Part shown: piece by piece, positions 1-13,311 of the stretch
Numbering within the stretch: the stretch's first letter is position 1
Layout of the letters: each line of letters opens with the position of its first letter
NCBI GenBank assembly: GCA_002633005.1
Contig: NMRA01000791.1
Location: forward strand, 4,473-68,472
Direction: 5' to 3'
Length of the DNA stretch: 64,000 bases
From: Phoronis australis
Lineage: Eukaryota > Animalia > Phoronida
Notes under the pieces: model-generated
Databases searched by the model: none
The model's input: only the letters and a program-made list of their open reading frames with translations
What the model was told of the DNA's origin: nothing
Position numbers and translations under genes: made by a program

Positions 1-527
1 TAAAAACATGACCGCCCCACCACTAAACAGGACCGGCGGAGACAGTACATGACCGCCAGGGATTGAAATTTGACCCCCCACCGATCAATTATGATGACAT
101 ATAAACAATAGAAAGAAGGTCGACATTTAGAATTAATAAATCTTTCTAAAAAGCAACCATGTCGCGCATTTGTAGCTAAATAATTATGATTTTATCCACG
201 GTTCTAGTTTTAGAAGAGAGTGAAACTCATTTTTTTCCAATTTGATGTTTAAGAAGTCGAAAAACGTTACCTTGTCCTCGGGTAAAGTGTCGTCATAACT
301 AGCGTTGGTGCAAAGCTGTAAACTAAATACACACCTTTTTGCCAAAGTGGGTAAAAAAATTACAAAATAAAATTTGACACAAAATTAGTGTCATTAAAAA
401 CGACAACTTTACTTGGTTCGGCGGTCCCGTCTGATTCCCGTAAGTCCATATTTGTGGTGAGTCGGTCCAATTTGGAAAACTGGCGGTCATGTTTTGGGTC
501 CGGCGGTTATGTTGTTTCTCAACCGTG
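1..527. mobile_element. Right part of a MITE-like element with subterminal inverted repeats
   Basis: catgaccgcc repeats at 7-58 are mirrored by ggcggtcatg-like repeats at 420-512. The element appears to end at ...ctcaaccgtg; its left end is outside the window. Confidence 0.45.
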
Positions 528-955
528 ATACCGTCGCTGCACGGCTTCTGATATCACAAACGCGTAGCAACTTATAAAAATAGATAAATGCGCACCCAAA
601 ACTCATTCGTTTTACCGGTAATGAGACGTTTCGATCTCGTGGTCACGGCGCACTCTTTAAGCACAGATACTCTATTCCTATTTTTATTTCGGTGTTGACT
701 TCTTTCAGTCTCCGCGGCACGTGTTTCGACATGTTTTGTGTACCACGATTTACTGTTGACCTGTTTTAATATGTCAAGAGATGAACTCCACTGATCTAAT
801 TTCTATCGATGTAATGTAACTCAAATTACAAAAAGTGACAATCGAGTTAATCACGCACTGGCACTTTAATTGAAAGTACGATTGACTTTGAAATGCGTGT
901 AGCTAACAAGGTTAAAAGACGCATGGGTAATATTCAGACCAAAAACAAGTTTTAA

Positions 956-2609
956 AGGAGCATGCCACCTAAAAACAACCTAATTTTTATCAATTAAGAT
1001 CGAGTAGTTCTACTCCATAACGGCACGTACGGTTGCATTACCTGACACCTGACGGCAGACGGAGGTGTTGAAATTCTCCAATGACGTCATCGGTTTCACG
1101 CAGTCTGTTCAGCAGTTCACAACACGGGTTACTGGTGTCAGCTTATCGCATGAAATCATCGTTTAACACCAATAAATCATCAAATGTCGATGTAAAACCC
1201 TTAACAATACACCGAGTTCTTATCAAAACGTGTTGTTTTATTTCGCTCTACGGAATTATTGGTATTTGGACACACCGTAGCCTACAAAGTTCGGTAGGCC
1301 AATAAGGTCCGTAGCAGGAGTTTGGGGTCTGCTCGGAGATAATTTCGAAGTATTTTCCGTGAGATACAGACAGGAGAACCTAGATCTGTGTTGTTTAGAC
1401 TCGTGATATTTTGAGTTAGTAAACACAAAACACTTATCCTGGCCAGTGGCTCGGAGCTCGATCAGGCCCGTCGCGACCGCCCTGATTGACTCGTGATCCC
1501 GGCCGGTGGCTCGGAAACTGATCAGACATCTCGAACATAAACCAGCCAAAGTTAAGTGGAAACTAAACATCCAGTCGAGAAAATACTATACTAGTGAACC
1601 AAAGTAATATGCACGTGATTTTGTTGGTGAATTAGCCACGAAATTGCAAATCTACTTACTCGTCGGGGGCCGCGAATTCAGGTTCCGCTTTGGCCACAGC
1701 ACCGCCAGGGCAGAAGTTGTACATTGGCAATCATTATTTGAGTAATGCAAATGTAAATAAAGATTCCCCTAACACGTGGCTGTGGGATGGTAATCGAGTT
1801 GTTCACAACAGCTCCTTCCAGCAAACACTAAATTAGAATGAGCTCACACGGCCTCGGTGTCCCGTCAATTAATTTTATTGCACCGAAACCCGGTAACGCA
1901 GTGATTTATTCATTGCTGGCTTTTCAAATCATTTCAAATCATGAACACTCCAAAGGCATTAAAAATTGCCTCTAATGAGACAAACTTTGTTTCAAGGGTG
2001 AGAATAATTCATTTTGAAACAGAACGCTCAGAAATAAACGCCAATATGGCAACCGTCGCAATCCCGACTTAGGATGAGCTAGAGCTCATCAGTCCCGACT
2101 TCGCAGGTGGATCGTTAAGTTTTACAGGCTATCAATTCGAACAGGAATACAAAGATGAAGAAATTCTAGAGAGGCGCCGTGAACAAGCTCAGACAACGGA
2201 ACGTATGAAGTGATTTGGTAAGCAGGCATTCGTCAGGCACTGCCGACGTCTGCAGTCCACAGACACGGAGATGTCTCACGGCGACTCATACTTGCTACTT
2301 ACAGCGTACATTTCATTCTTCACTACCATGAGCCACTTTCTAAGCATTTCGGACTCTCGAGGAAGTAAAAAAACGATATACCCGCTTTCCTCGCAGCTGC
2401 TTAGTTCGGACAAGCGGGAACGATGCACCGCAACATAGCGGCATTCACTCTGCATATGAACCACTGACGTCGCGAGCGTCGTTTCTCACCTTCCTCACAG
2501 GTTAACGCGACACCTCTTGGCAAGGTAAGGTCGACCGTATGCGAGACGATTTGGATGTAGACCGATTAAGACGGCAAAAAAGACTAATTAAATCGGGTGG
2601 CATTCTCCT
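956..2609. mobile_element. Non-autonomous Kolobok-type DNA transposon
   Basis: TTAA-AGGAGCATGCCACC...GGTGGCATTCTCCT-TTAA. Decayed ORF from 2046 contains GYQFEQEYKDEE, resembling the start of the Kolobok accessory (P2X7-tail-like) ORF. Confidence 0.7.
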
Positions 2610-4255
2610 TTAAGAGTCTAGTGGTTAATAGAAAAACCATCTGATTTTCACGACTCATAAGGTTAGCGGCTTTTTATAGCTTTGGCAATAATTTAAACTT
2701 AGGAACACGAAAAAGGATCGGTGAATTTCAAAGAAGGTTTCCCATTTTATTATTTACTCACGAATCCATTTCTCTTTTAAACTCCTAATTTTAATACCAT
2801 AAGACGAACGAATGCGACTTCTAGTTTTCAAAAATACTTTACGTTTTGCGAGTTAATTCGGCATAGAAACAAACCCAGCGTTTTGTCAATTTCTCATTTA
2901 AAAAGGATTTCATTAAAATCGGGCGAGCGTTTATTTCGCTATGAATGTACCTTTCCTAGAAATGAAATTTTGACTTAAAAATGTAGTAACGTAATTGGGA
3001 TGGCACATACATATGAAACATGTTTTTATAATCTCTGATCTTTTTCCTTCATAAAATACATACTTTTGCTAGTTGAAATAGCCTTGCTTTATATATGTAT
3101 GAATTAGAATGGACTCTAAATAAGGTTTGAGATATCCTTAAATTCTATACCTTTGTAGATATTTTGCTAAAAGAAAAAAATCCTGCATAACTTTAATATC
3201 AGATACAATTTGCTTTATAGTCATTACTGGCCGGTCAAGGCAGTGTTAGCACAACGCTCAATCCTTCACTGGAAACCAGATTTGTTAGAATTGTTCCCAG
3301 GACTTGGACACCACAAACAGTCGCCTGTCTCCGTTTTGAACTCTACGGATGCCCAGAGCAATAACTGTCGTTCTGTTGGTGAAGGAACATGCGTGGCATT
3401 TTGACTAGCTCATTGATTCTAGACAATAGTAAAATCACATTGTACATGTATTATTGGAATTTACTTTATGAATATATTATTGACTGAAGCGATAACATAA
3501 CTGATCATGTGGCCCTCGTTACGGATACGCAGAGGTAAAAGACTGAACGTCAAGGTCTTGTCAATGAGGACATGTTTTTGAATCAGTCGATGATTGTTTT
3601 GTACAAAAGACAAGTGCAAGAATGCAGTGTACATTTCTGCTATAAAGTTTGTCATCATTCGAGACCAGCGACACAGAACGCAAAAGCGAATCACATTTGA
3701 CGATATGAACTCGTAAATATTACTCAATATAATCTTTGGATCATAGCCTAGTTTTCTCCTGAGGCCCAAAGTACTGTCTATTCTTTCTGGATAATGGTTT
3801 TTGTCTAATTCAGTTACATATGTTAAACATCTGAGGTTTCAAGTTTCTCCAGAAAAGGGAACAGTTCTTATTATGCTGGTTCCGTGACTTTCACTCATCA
3901 TATTTAATTAATGCAATTCCTCTCATCGTTGGACAATTTTTTTCATTCGAAGTTGTTGAAACTTATTTCCTTGAGAAGAACACAAAAACAGCTTTTTCGC
4001 GTCTGTAGAAGAGCGAATTTGAAACTTTGAAGCGGAAAGCCATTACTATTGGATACCTGAGACTAATATGTTACAACTGGCTCCCGCTCAGGGATGGGGC
4101 TCAAAACCTGAAGTTCTGAGGCCAGGAAACGCTAATCGTTCCCGACCGTTAACTGAGAAAAATTCGGATAAATAACTCCTCTCAGGAGAAAACTTGGCAC
4201 TGTTTGATGAGGTTTGGTAGATCATGGAACATGTTTTTTAAAGATATCACAGAGN

Positions 4256-5030
4256 GAGAGAGAGAGGGAGCGAGTGAGAGAGAGAGGGAGCGAGTGAGAG
4301 AGAGAGGGAGCGAGTGAGAGAGAGAGGGAGCGAGTGAGAGAGAGAGGGAGCGAGTGAGAGAGAGAGGGAGCGAGTGAGAGAGAGAGGGAGCGAGTGAGAG
4401 AGAGAGGGAGCGAGTGAGAGAGAGAGGGAGCGAGTGAGAGAGAGAGGGAGCGAGTGAGAGAGAGAGGGAGCGAGTGAGAGAGAGAGGGAGCGAGTGAGAG
4501 AGAGAGGGAGCGAGTGAGAGAGAGAGGGAGCGAGTGAGAGAGAGAGGGAGCGAGTGAGAGAGAGAGGGAGCGAGTGAGAGAGAGAGGGAGCGAGTGAGAG
4601 AGAGAGGGAGCGAGTGAGAGAGAGAGGGAGCGAGTGAGAGAGAGAGGGAGCGAGTGAGAGAGAGAGGGAGCGAGTGAGAGAGAGAGGGAGCGAGTGAGAG
4701 AGAGAGGGAGCGAGTGAGAGAGAGAGGGAGCGAGTGAGAGAGAGAGGGAGCGAGTGAGAGAGAGAGGGAGCGAGTGAGAGAGAGAGGGAGCGAGTGAGAG
4801 AGAGAGGGAGCGAGTGAGAGAGAGAGGGAGCGAGTGAGAGAGAGAGGGAGCGAGTGAGAGAGAGAGGGAGCGAGTGAGAGAGAGAGGGAGCGAGTGAGAG
4901 AGAGAGGGAGCGAGTGAGAGAGAGAGGGAGCGAGTGAGAGAGAGAGGGAGCGAGTGAGAGAGAGAGGGAGCGAGTGAGAGAGAGAGGGAGCGAGTGAGAG
5001 AGAGAGGGAGCGAGTGAGAGAGAAAGAGGG
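4256..5030. repeat. Tandem 20-bp purine-rich satellite (AGAGAGGGAGCGAGTGAGAG), about 38 copies
   Basis: Identical units from 4261 to 5020, with an N at 4255. Confidence 0.97.
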
Positions 5031-5199
5031 AGAGAGGAGGGAGTGAGCGAGGGGGATGGAGGGAGCCGGTGGTAGGGAGGGGTAGTAGTAAAGTAATGAT
5101 TTAACACTTTTATTGCTTGCTGAAAAATAGTAACTTCCTATAATATGGGAGTACTAGTTGATAGGTCTACAGTCTATGCACTATGGAGTTCTTTGCCAC

Positions 5200-7340
5200 A
5201 CTGACTGGAGAGTCTGAATGAGTCATATCTGAGACACGTATCTTTAATGTTCCTGGTCGGCACACCTTTTAATGGTATGTGGTCGGCACACCAACCTCCC
5301 CCCGTTCATCAGTTGTTAGTGCGGAAATCGAGTTGGTGGTAGAACGGGACGATCGCTGCAGCACCTCAAAATGTTCATGGTGACATGCAAAGTTGCACAA
5401 GGTATGTGTTGCCTCAGAACCTTTCGCAAGCGGTGGGCTTTCCAGAGCTGACCATCTGAAAGGCGATACGTCCAGTTGCCGATACAGTCGACAACTTTTA
5501 GAGGCGTTGACCACGGTGATGATCCTTTGGGAGTACGCGGTTTCTTCACGCGGACGGAATCGCCAGTTTCGTAAGGTCCTCTGTGTGTCACTGGCGTAGG
5601 CTTCGGTCGAACAGACTCTCGTCTCCGCGGAAAACACCGGGACTCGCTCTCTTCTACGAGGAGTTCGAACGACCTCGTAGGCAAGTCGAAATTTGCGTTT
5701 CAGGACGCGTTCAGCGGACCTGTTATCATTCAGTGGCGGAGCAGATGTAGCATGAAAGTGAGCAAGTAAATTCTCTAGGTGTTTGTCCCACGGGATATGT
5801 TTGCACTCTTGATTTGTATGCTACTCTTCAAGTTAGGGCTGAAAATTTCAATCTTGCCGTTTTGTGGTGGGTTGTGGGCTGCAATATCTTCGTGGAAAAT
5901 GTCCATGTTACGCAGAAATACCTGGTTCGTGGTCAGATACAAGTATATCGAGGTTGTCAACAGTCGAAAAAAAAAATTCCTCAACCAGCGGATTACGGCA
6001 AAAGTCGTCACCCGTGCTGAGGATGGAGGGGAATGATAAATGGTAGTCAATGGCAGCTTGTACAAAGGGATTGTTCGGATTTGCAGTGGCAAAAGGTCCC
6101 GTGATGTCGATGCCGATATTTTTCCAGGCTGGGTTGGTGGTGGTATGGGAATCGAGGGTACGTGGTACGCTGGAGAAGATTTATTTGAATCTTGGCACGG
6201 AGCACAGTATGACACCGTGCGTTTTCTGTCGTGCTGGTCTGACTCGGCGTTGACGTACATGTTAGTGCTGAGTGGTCTATCTGTACGTATGGAGAAGTGA
6301 CGTCCAAGTAAGAACTTCTCCCAGCACTCAGAGAAGTGAACGACAGCAAGACCTTCACGCTCATTCATTGCATAGGATTGCTGGGGCTCTTCCAGCGTTT
6401 TTTCTGCCAAATAGAATGGGCACTTCCCTTCCGTTTTGAATTTGCGACAGAACAGCACCAAGGCCGATATCAGATGCGTCAGTAGAGAGGACAATGTCGC
6501 ATGCAGGATTGAAAAGATGTAGTTCTAGGTTCTGACACAGCATGGATTTCAGTATGTCAAATGCTTGTTGACACTACATGTATGTAGATCATGCAAGCAT
6601 TACAATTTTCGTGTGAGGCCACGCAGTGGCCCAGAAATTTCAGCAATATGGTCCTTTCTAGTTGTTGAGTAAACCTAGGAATCGTTGCACGTACTTCAGA
6701 GACTTCGGAAAAGGTGCATTACAGAGAGCGTTATGGTTTGCAGAGTCGGGTTCCACATTGCTGTGGGAAACGATGTAAGCTAAGTACGCTAACTCTTCGA
6801 CACCGATGATGCATTTCTTTGGGTATACATGTACACGAAGGATATTTTCACTCAACCGTTGTACTCGATTGTCGAGATAGTGGTACAGTTCGCCCCACGT
6901 ATGACACATTACCACAATATAGGGCTTGTGCCCGATGAGGGCCTCCGACACTGATGTTGGAGATGATGTACTGAAAAACAGCGGCGCTGTCTGTAAGACC
7001 CATAGGTAGGCGGTTGTAAGCATACAACCCCTTGGGTGTAATTGTTGCAGTAAACAGACTACTCTCAGCGTTGACAAACGTATTAAAGAAATCCCACCAA
7101 ATTTTAAGTTTAGTATAATATTTGCCGCCTTGCAAATCCTGGATGTCATCTCTGTAGACGGGAACGGGAAATCGATACGGTATCTCTTAGGGAGTCAGGC
7201 CTGTCAGGTCAGTAGTAATACGGGCGGAACTATCCGGTTTATCCACAGTTACCAGCGGTTGTTGCCACAAGGGTCGTTTATGTGACTGGATTTTGGACCA
7301 TATTTCCTGTTCTTCGATTTCGAGTTAAGCGCTACAGCAG
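5200..7340 (-). mobile_element. Degenerate Ty3/Gypsy LTR-retrotransposon pol
   Basis: RT (TATITPKGLYAYNRLPMGL), RNase H (TDASDIGLGAVLSQ; SYAMNEREGLAVV; FLLGRHFSIRTD), integrase zinc remnant (CAPCQ) and C-terminus (GDSVRVKK), in RT-RH-IN order with many frameshifts. Confidence 0.9.
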
Positions 7341-7587
7341 TTCGTAAGCTTACATAATGCACGAATATTTACCGAAATACCCTCTGAAATGTAGGAGGAG
7401 TTAGAAGTTCGCACGGAAAACGGCATTCCATACAAGACAACATGAGAATCAAGAAAAAAACAACATTAAGAAAAATGCAGTCAAATGCCAAAATGTTGTC
7501 GATATGCTCTACAAAAATCCGTTTACATGAAAAGTTTCGTAAAACTATCCTAAGGAATATAAAAGGAGTTTTGCACAGAAGTGCATA

Positions 7588-7800
7588 CTTTTTATGGATG
7601 CACAAATTTATTTATATGTGGGTGCATAATGCCGCATCCCTGTCCGTCCGTCAGGCGCCGGTGTCTGTTGCTTTATCTGCAGTCACGGACACGTTTCAAC
7701 GTTCAGACTTGCTATTGTATGAAACTTTGATCGAGATTCTCAGTAACCACAGAAAATCGGTTTCCCAAACGGGGAGGGTGGGAAAGTCAAGAACCGGCCA
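7588..7800 (+). mobile_element. Possible Helentron-associated (HINE/DINE-like) element 5' end
   Basis: T-run, short inverted repeat ATGCAC/GTGCAT, then a GTCC micro-repeat (tgtccgtccgtc). 3' end not identified. Confidence 0.3.
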
Positions 7801-9533
7801 ACATTTAAGAGAACTTTGTCGAATCGCAATGCCGACGATGTGCCGACGGTACGCCACATCCCATTTAAGAGTGTTTTTAAAAGTTTGATCGAAATCCCCA
7901 GAAATTTAAGGAGTTGCCCACTAGTGCAATGTCACACGTTGCGAAATCTTCCATTATAGTGTATCCGCCTTTTCGCTTCGGTGGAGAAGGGACACCGCTG
8001 TCTTCCCCTTTAGCCGGCGACACAGGGACACACGCGCACGCACGCAACACACGGAAAGACACAGGGAGGGTACCCACAGATGGGGGTCTGTCCTTAGTAT
8101 ATCTCGATAATTTTCCCAATTAACCGACAGCAGGGACATACGGTCGGTTGAAACTGCAGACGGAATGTATCAGGTACCATTTTTACTTCCCTTATGCCTT
8201 AGTCGGGAACACGGCAGAGAAACCACCCTTCCGCGGGGATAACATAGAACAACGAGTAAAATGGTTACAATAAACCGATGTATGAATGAATAAAATTGTC
8301 AATTTAATTGAATATATACGAGCTGCCGCAGTCAACCATTTTCACCGCCTGTGCACTGTCCAATTCCGTGATTTCCTAATTTGAATTTTCAATGAACATC
8401 GATGTTGCCCTCAGGCTTAAATTTTGTGGTATTTAAATTCTTTTGGCATGGACAGCAGCTGAAGTGATTGTTTTATGTTATGTTTATAGTAATGGCATCA
8501 TGTGCTCGGTGAAAATCTAAATATCCCATCTCCGACGTAACTTTGAAGGGAAATCTTACACAAAAGGCAAAAGGCATTTAAAGGTCCCCAGAACAAATCC
8601 CGTTTTTCTTGCTGATGCCCGCACCAACCAGCGAATCAAATAACCTAACATAGTTATAAACAACTTAATCAGGAACAGACCCGCACTCGAATAGCTTTGT
8701 GGTCCAGGGTCACTGTTTTACATGTATATCTCAGTCAGTTAACTTAAAAACCCAGGATGCCATGGAAGGTGTTTTTGGTTGCTGGTTTACTGCACATCTG
8801 TACCTCTGTGGAACTTTACGAAGACGTAAGTACCCTAAGATTCTATGCGCACATTTTACATTAACGTCGTTGTTGATCGCTGAATGCAATGGTAGTTCAA
8901 CACGCTCAGAGATTTGCAGCAATTTGTAAAATGCTAGGTTAGCAAGTCACTGATTCAGTGATTATCAGGACTGATGTTTTGTTCAGGACAAATAATGACG
9001 CAGTTGTAACGCCAATGTTCGCAGGTTATGGATGCAAGCATTGTTACTATTAGTAGAGCTTTAGTTGCTTTTAAAGTTTCCCGTTTCTTGTGGTGTGGAG
9101 TCGCATAACCGCAGATGAATCTTTGGGCAACTGTTTGCCGACTTGCTTTTTTCGCATATACATTTCTGAATCTTCGACTCACTTTGTCACTGTCTTGTTT
9201 TTGCAGTTGTTTTGTTTCGTGATCTTGTGCGTCATACTTCTCTTTCAGACAAATAAGAGTATATCTGTTTAAGCAGTGAAATAGTGAACACAAAATACCT
9301 CAACTTTTACACAGGAAGTGAAATTGTAAATACAAACAGAGTGTCCCAAAAAGTAGACTTCAACTGACAATAACTGTGGATTTTAGGAACACGATTACTG
9401 GTTTGAATTCACACAGAGGTGACTGAACTTGAAAAGCAATTTACTTTTACTGTTTTAAATTCGCTTTAAATTGTTGGAATACAAACATACTAGGGGAGAT
9501 TTTGCGGGGTTTTACAAAGATTTAAATATTTTC

Positions 9534-12083
9534 ACCAAAACGTGTTTATTTTATCAATAAAAAGGTCTTGCGTCTGAATGCGATCACACTATAAATTTTA
9601 GGAAGAAGTGTGAGCGTCACCTGTGTTTCCCAGTGTGCGACCAACATAAACAAATGCTTTACGTCAAGACCTGCATTTAGCTCGTGTAGAGGTGAATGTC
9701 CTAACTCTCAAGAACGTAAACATTTACACTCCACTAATGTCACGACCAGGTTGCGTAATTGACTGTTGAGCAACTGGTAGTGCGATCAGATACAAGGTCA
9801 TCCGGGATTTCCCAGCAAGAGGATCCAGAAACTGAAATGGCGTGGAACTCAACAATCTTTCGGGTTCCTTGCGTAAACATCATTAACAGTTTTTTGATTT
9901 GTGAATCCCCCCTGAGCTCACAGATAAAATATAAAACCTTAGAAATGTGCCTGTTCTTTTCACGTTCAGTTTCTACTCACTTGCTATAGTCACAATGGCA
10001 CTGCCTTTGCTCTTGTACAACTTTCGTTCATTCGTTTTGTCTTTGTTTACTCTCTCACTCGCTCTAGCAGTTCTCCATCGCCCTCCTTATAACCAGTGCT
10101 GTAGTGGAGCGTAGGAGCACGTGGGCGCAGCCAACCACCTTTTGGCATTTGAACGTAGCGCCTACGCACCGCGTGTTACGTTCAGTGCTCAAGGTGATAC
10201 GGTGGGTTTTGGGCACTTACTTACCTCTAATTTTACCACTACAGCACTGGCTATGACAAAAATTATTCAACACCGCTAATTAGAATTTTATTGACAATTC
10301 TGTCTGACAATTCTGTCTGTTTCATCCATGCAGTATTAGCACGCACTACAGCGGCAGCCCTTCATTGGAATGGAATATAAAATCAGTAATTTATAAGTCA
10401 TGAGACTGCACAATGCTGATAGCCTATTGCAGAGAGCGTTAACATGCATTGCCCTATATCAGAGTTATTGGTGAAAAGCGTTCCACGTTTCTTGTGGTTT
10501 GAAAACTGTCCCGTTCGTCCGGAAGACAGTATTTGAGCGCACAGCTCATTTTAAGTCAATAATGTTTATGGTGAAATTAATTTCGCCATCGGACTTGCCT
10601 AATTGTGACGATCAGGAGACCTCTGAGATAGAACATGGATCCGCGTTCAGCGGTGAAAGAAGAATACAGCTCTTTATCCTGGTTTGCAATGGAACTTGCA
10701 CTCTGTTGAGGAGAGTTTAGTTCACACTCGGTAAAAACACTGTAATTGTCCGTATTTACAATCCAGGGTAATCTTTCGAAGCTGGAGAAAACGATGGAAT
10801 TNACCAAAACGTGTTTATTTTATCAATAAAAAGGTCTTGCGTCTGAATGCGATCACACTATAAATTTTAGGAAGAAGTGTGAGCGTGACCTGTGTTTCCC
10901 AGTGTGCGACCAACATAAACAAATGCTTTACGTCAAGACCTGCATTTAGCTCGTGTAGAGGTGAATGTCCTAATTCTCAAGAACGTAAACATTTACACTC
11001 CACTAATGTCACGACCAGGTTGCGTAATTGACGGTTGAGCAACTGGTAGTGCGATTAGATACAACGTCGTCCAGGATTGCCAGCAAGAGGATCCAGAAAC
11101 TGAAATGGCGTGGAACTCAACAATCTTTCGGCGTTCTTGCGTAAACATCATTAACAGTTTTTTGATATGTGAATCCCCCCTGAGCTCACAGATAAAATAT
11201 AAAACCTTATAAATGTGCCTGTTCTTTTCACGTTCAGTTTCTACTCACTTGCTATAGTCACAATGGCACTGCCTTTGCTCTTGTACAACTTTCGTTCGTG
11301 GGCGTAGCCAACCACCTTTTGGCATTTGAACGTAGCGCCTACGCACCGCGTGTTACGTTCAGTGCTCAAGGTGATACGGTGGGTTTTGGACACTTACTTA
11401 CCTCTAATTTTACCACTACAGCACTGGCTATGACAAAAATTATTCAACACCGCTAATTTCAATCACAAGGGACGGTGGTGTTGTCGAAAGGCGAAGGTAA
11501 AGAATGAGTATACGCACGCGCTTAGCGGCGTTCAAACTGAGGTCACAATTAGAATTTTATTGACAATTCTGTCTGACAATTCTGTCTGACAATTCTGTCT
11601 GTTTCATCCATGCAGTATTAGCACGCACTACAGCGGCAGCCCTTCATTGGAATGGAATATAAAATCAGTAATTTATAAGTCATGAGACTGCACAATGCTG
11701 ATAGCCTATTGCAGAGAGCGTTAACATGCATTGCCCTATATCAGAGTTATTGGTGAAAAGCGTTCCACGTTTCTTGTGGTTTGAAAACTGTCCCGTTCGT
11801 CCGGAAGACAGTATTTGAGCGCACAGCTCATTTTAAGTCAATAATGTTTATGGTGAAATTAATTTCGCCATCGGACTTGCCTAATTGTGACGATCAGGAG
11901 ACCTCTGAGATAGAACATGGATCCGCGTTCAGCGGTGAAAGAAGAATACAGATCTTTATCCTGGTTTGCAATGGAACTTGCACTCTGTTGAGGAGAGTTT
12001 AGTTCACACTCGGTAAAAACACTGTAATTGTCCGTATTTACAATCCAGGGTAATCTTTCGAACCTGGAGAAAACGTTGGAATT
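9534..12083. repeat. Near-identical tandem duplication (9534-10801 and 10803-12083) joined by a single N; probable uncollapsed haplotypes
   Basis: Sequence after N10802 restarts at the 9534 sequence. The copies differ by SNPs and indels. Confidence 0.9.
10094..10249. mobile_element. hAT-like MITE
   Basis: TIR CAGTGCTGTAGTGG / CCACTACAGCACTG; flanks cttataac and gctatgac (degenerate 8-bp TSD). Confidence 0.65.
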
Positions 12084-13311
12084 TAGACAAAATTATACGT
12101 TTTGCAGTTGTTATTTTGCATTGAGAGTGTGAAACGTGAACACGTTCTCTTTGGTATCAGATGTTGTTGCCTGATCAAACGTGGTAAACATGTAGCAGTG
12201 CAAAATTATAGAATTCCACCGATTCGATTCGATCGTATAATGCCACGTAAAAAATAACATGTTTATTTTCTCCATCGGGGCCTAAAATAAGACGTCCATA
12301 CATATGTTTATTTTTTATTTCAAATTTTTCTGTTTCCAGTCGTCAGTAAAAATCATTTGCTGCACGTGAAAGTACTCTCACGAAAAAACACCGTCTGAGA
12401 ATGTTCCAAGTAATTACGACCAGGAACATGTTTGCTTACAACAAGGGCTAATTTTCATGTGTATAACATGACGTTAGCCTATTTTGGTCTTTCAGCGGAC
12501 GTAGACTCGTACGACAGGCCTCTCCGAGAGGCTATATGGCACAACTTTCGACAACGTCATATCATAAAAAATAAAAATGAAACGTGCTCCCTGCGCCAAT
12601 TTCCGTAAGATCCTCGGACGTTACACATTATTTTATCTGGCAAAATAGGTTGCCTTTCATTCACTTGAATTGTTACGAAGGAATGGATTCTGTACACCAA
12701 TATGCGTTCGCAAACACATTGAGATAAATATAAGAGCGGTTTGGAAGCCCCCTTAGACCATGCCGAGACCGCGGTCGTCAGTGAGTGTTTTGGACTGAGT
12801 GTACAAGTTAGCAGTCTGCTGTCACCGGGTAACCCAACCAACACTCCCGTACTGTTAATAACCTGTAATTTCCAGAGGTTCACCTAGTTACGATTTTTTT
12901 GTCATGCAATGTACTGGAGACAAAAGTTCAGGCTCACACAGCTGGTGCATTCATTGATGTAAAGCCGTAAACTTGTACTAGAGACGATCGACTGTATGTC
13001 TCCAACAGAAATGACGTCAATAACTTAGAAATGGAGGTTGTCACTCCCATATCCTTGGCCAAATGGGTGAACGTTGCGCACGTAAATTGCGTGCGTAATT
13101 TAATTCTTGTTAGTTTCGTAAATTGATCAATGTGGGCCTAAAATAACTTTAAGCAGCGTGAATCAATTATTTGTGGCGTAAATTAAATTTTAACGGCATA
13201 AATGAATTATTTGTGCCCCAAATTAACTTTTAATTGCGTAAATTAATTATTTACGATGCGTTTAACCATTTGGCCAACGATAAATTTACGCGTAAAAATT
13301 ACCTGAAACAC

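Noticed and set aside
4261-5020. CRISPR-like regular repeat
   Set aside because: No spacers, eukaryotic context and no cas genes.
4247-5107. 286-aa Ser/Leu-repeat ORF
   Set aside because: It is the translation of the 20-bp satellite; no coding evidence.
12496-12604. Possible upstream astacin exon (DVDSYDRPLREAIWHNF...)
   Set aside because: It has AG/GT ends, but the exit phase does not fit 17654 and no motif supports it.
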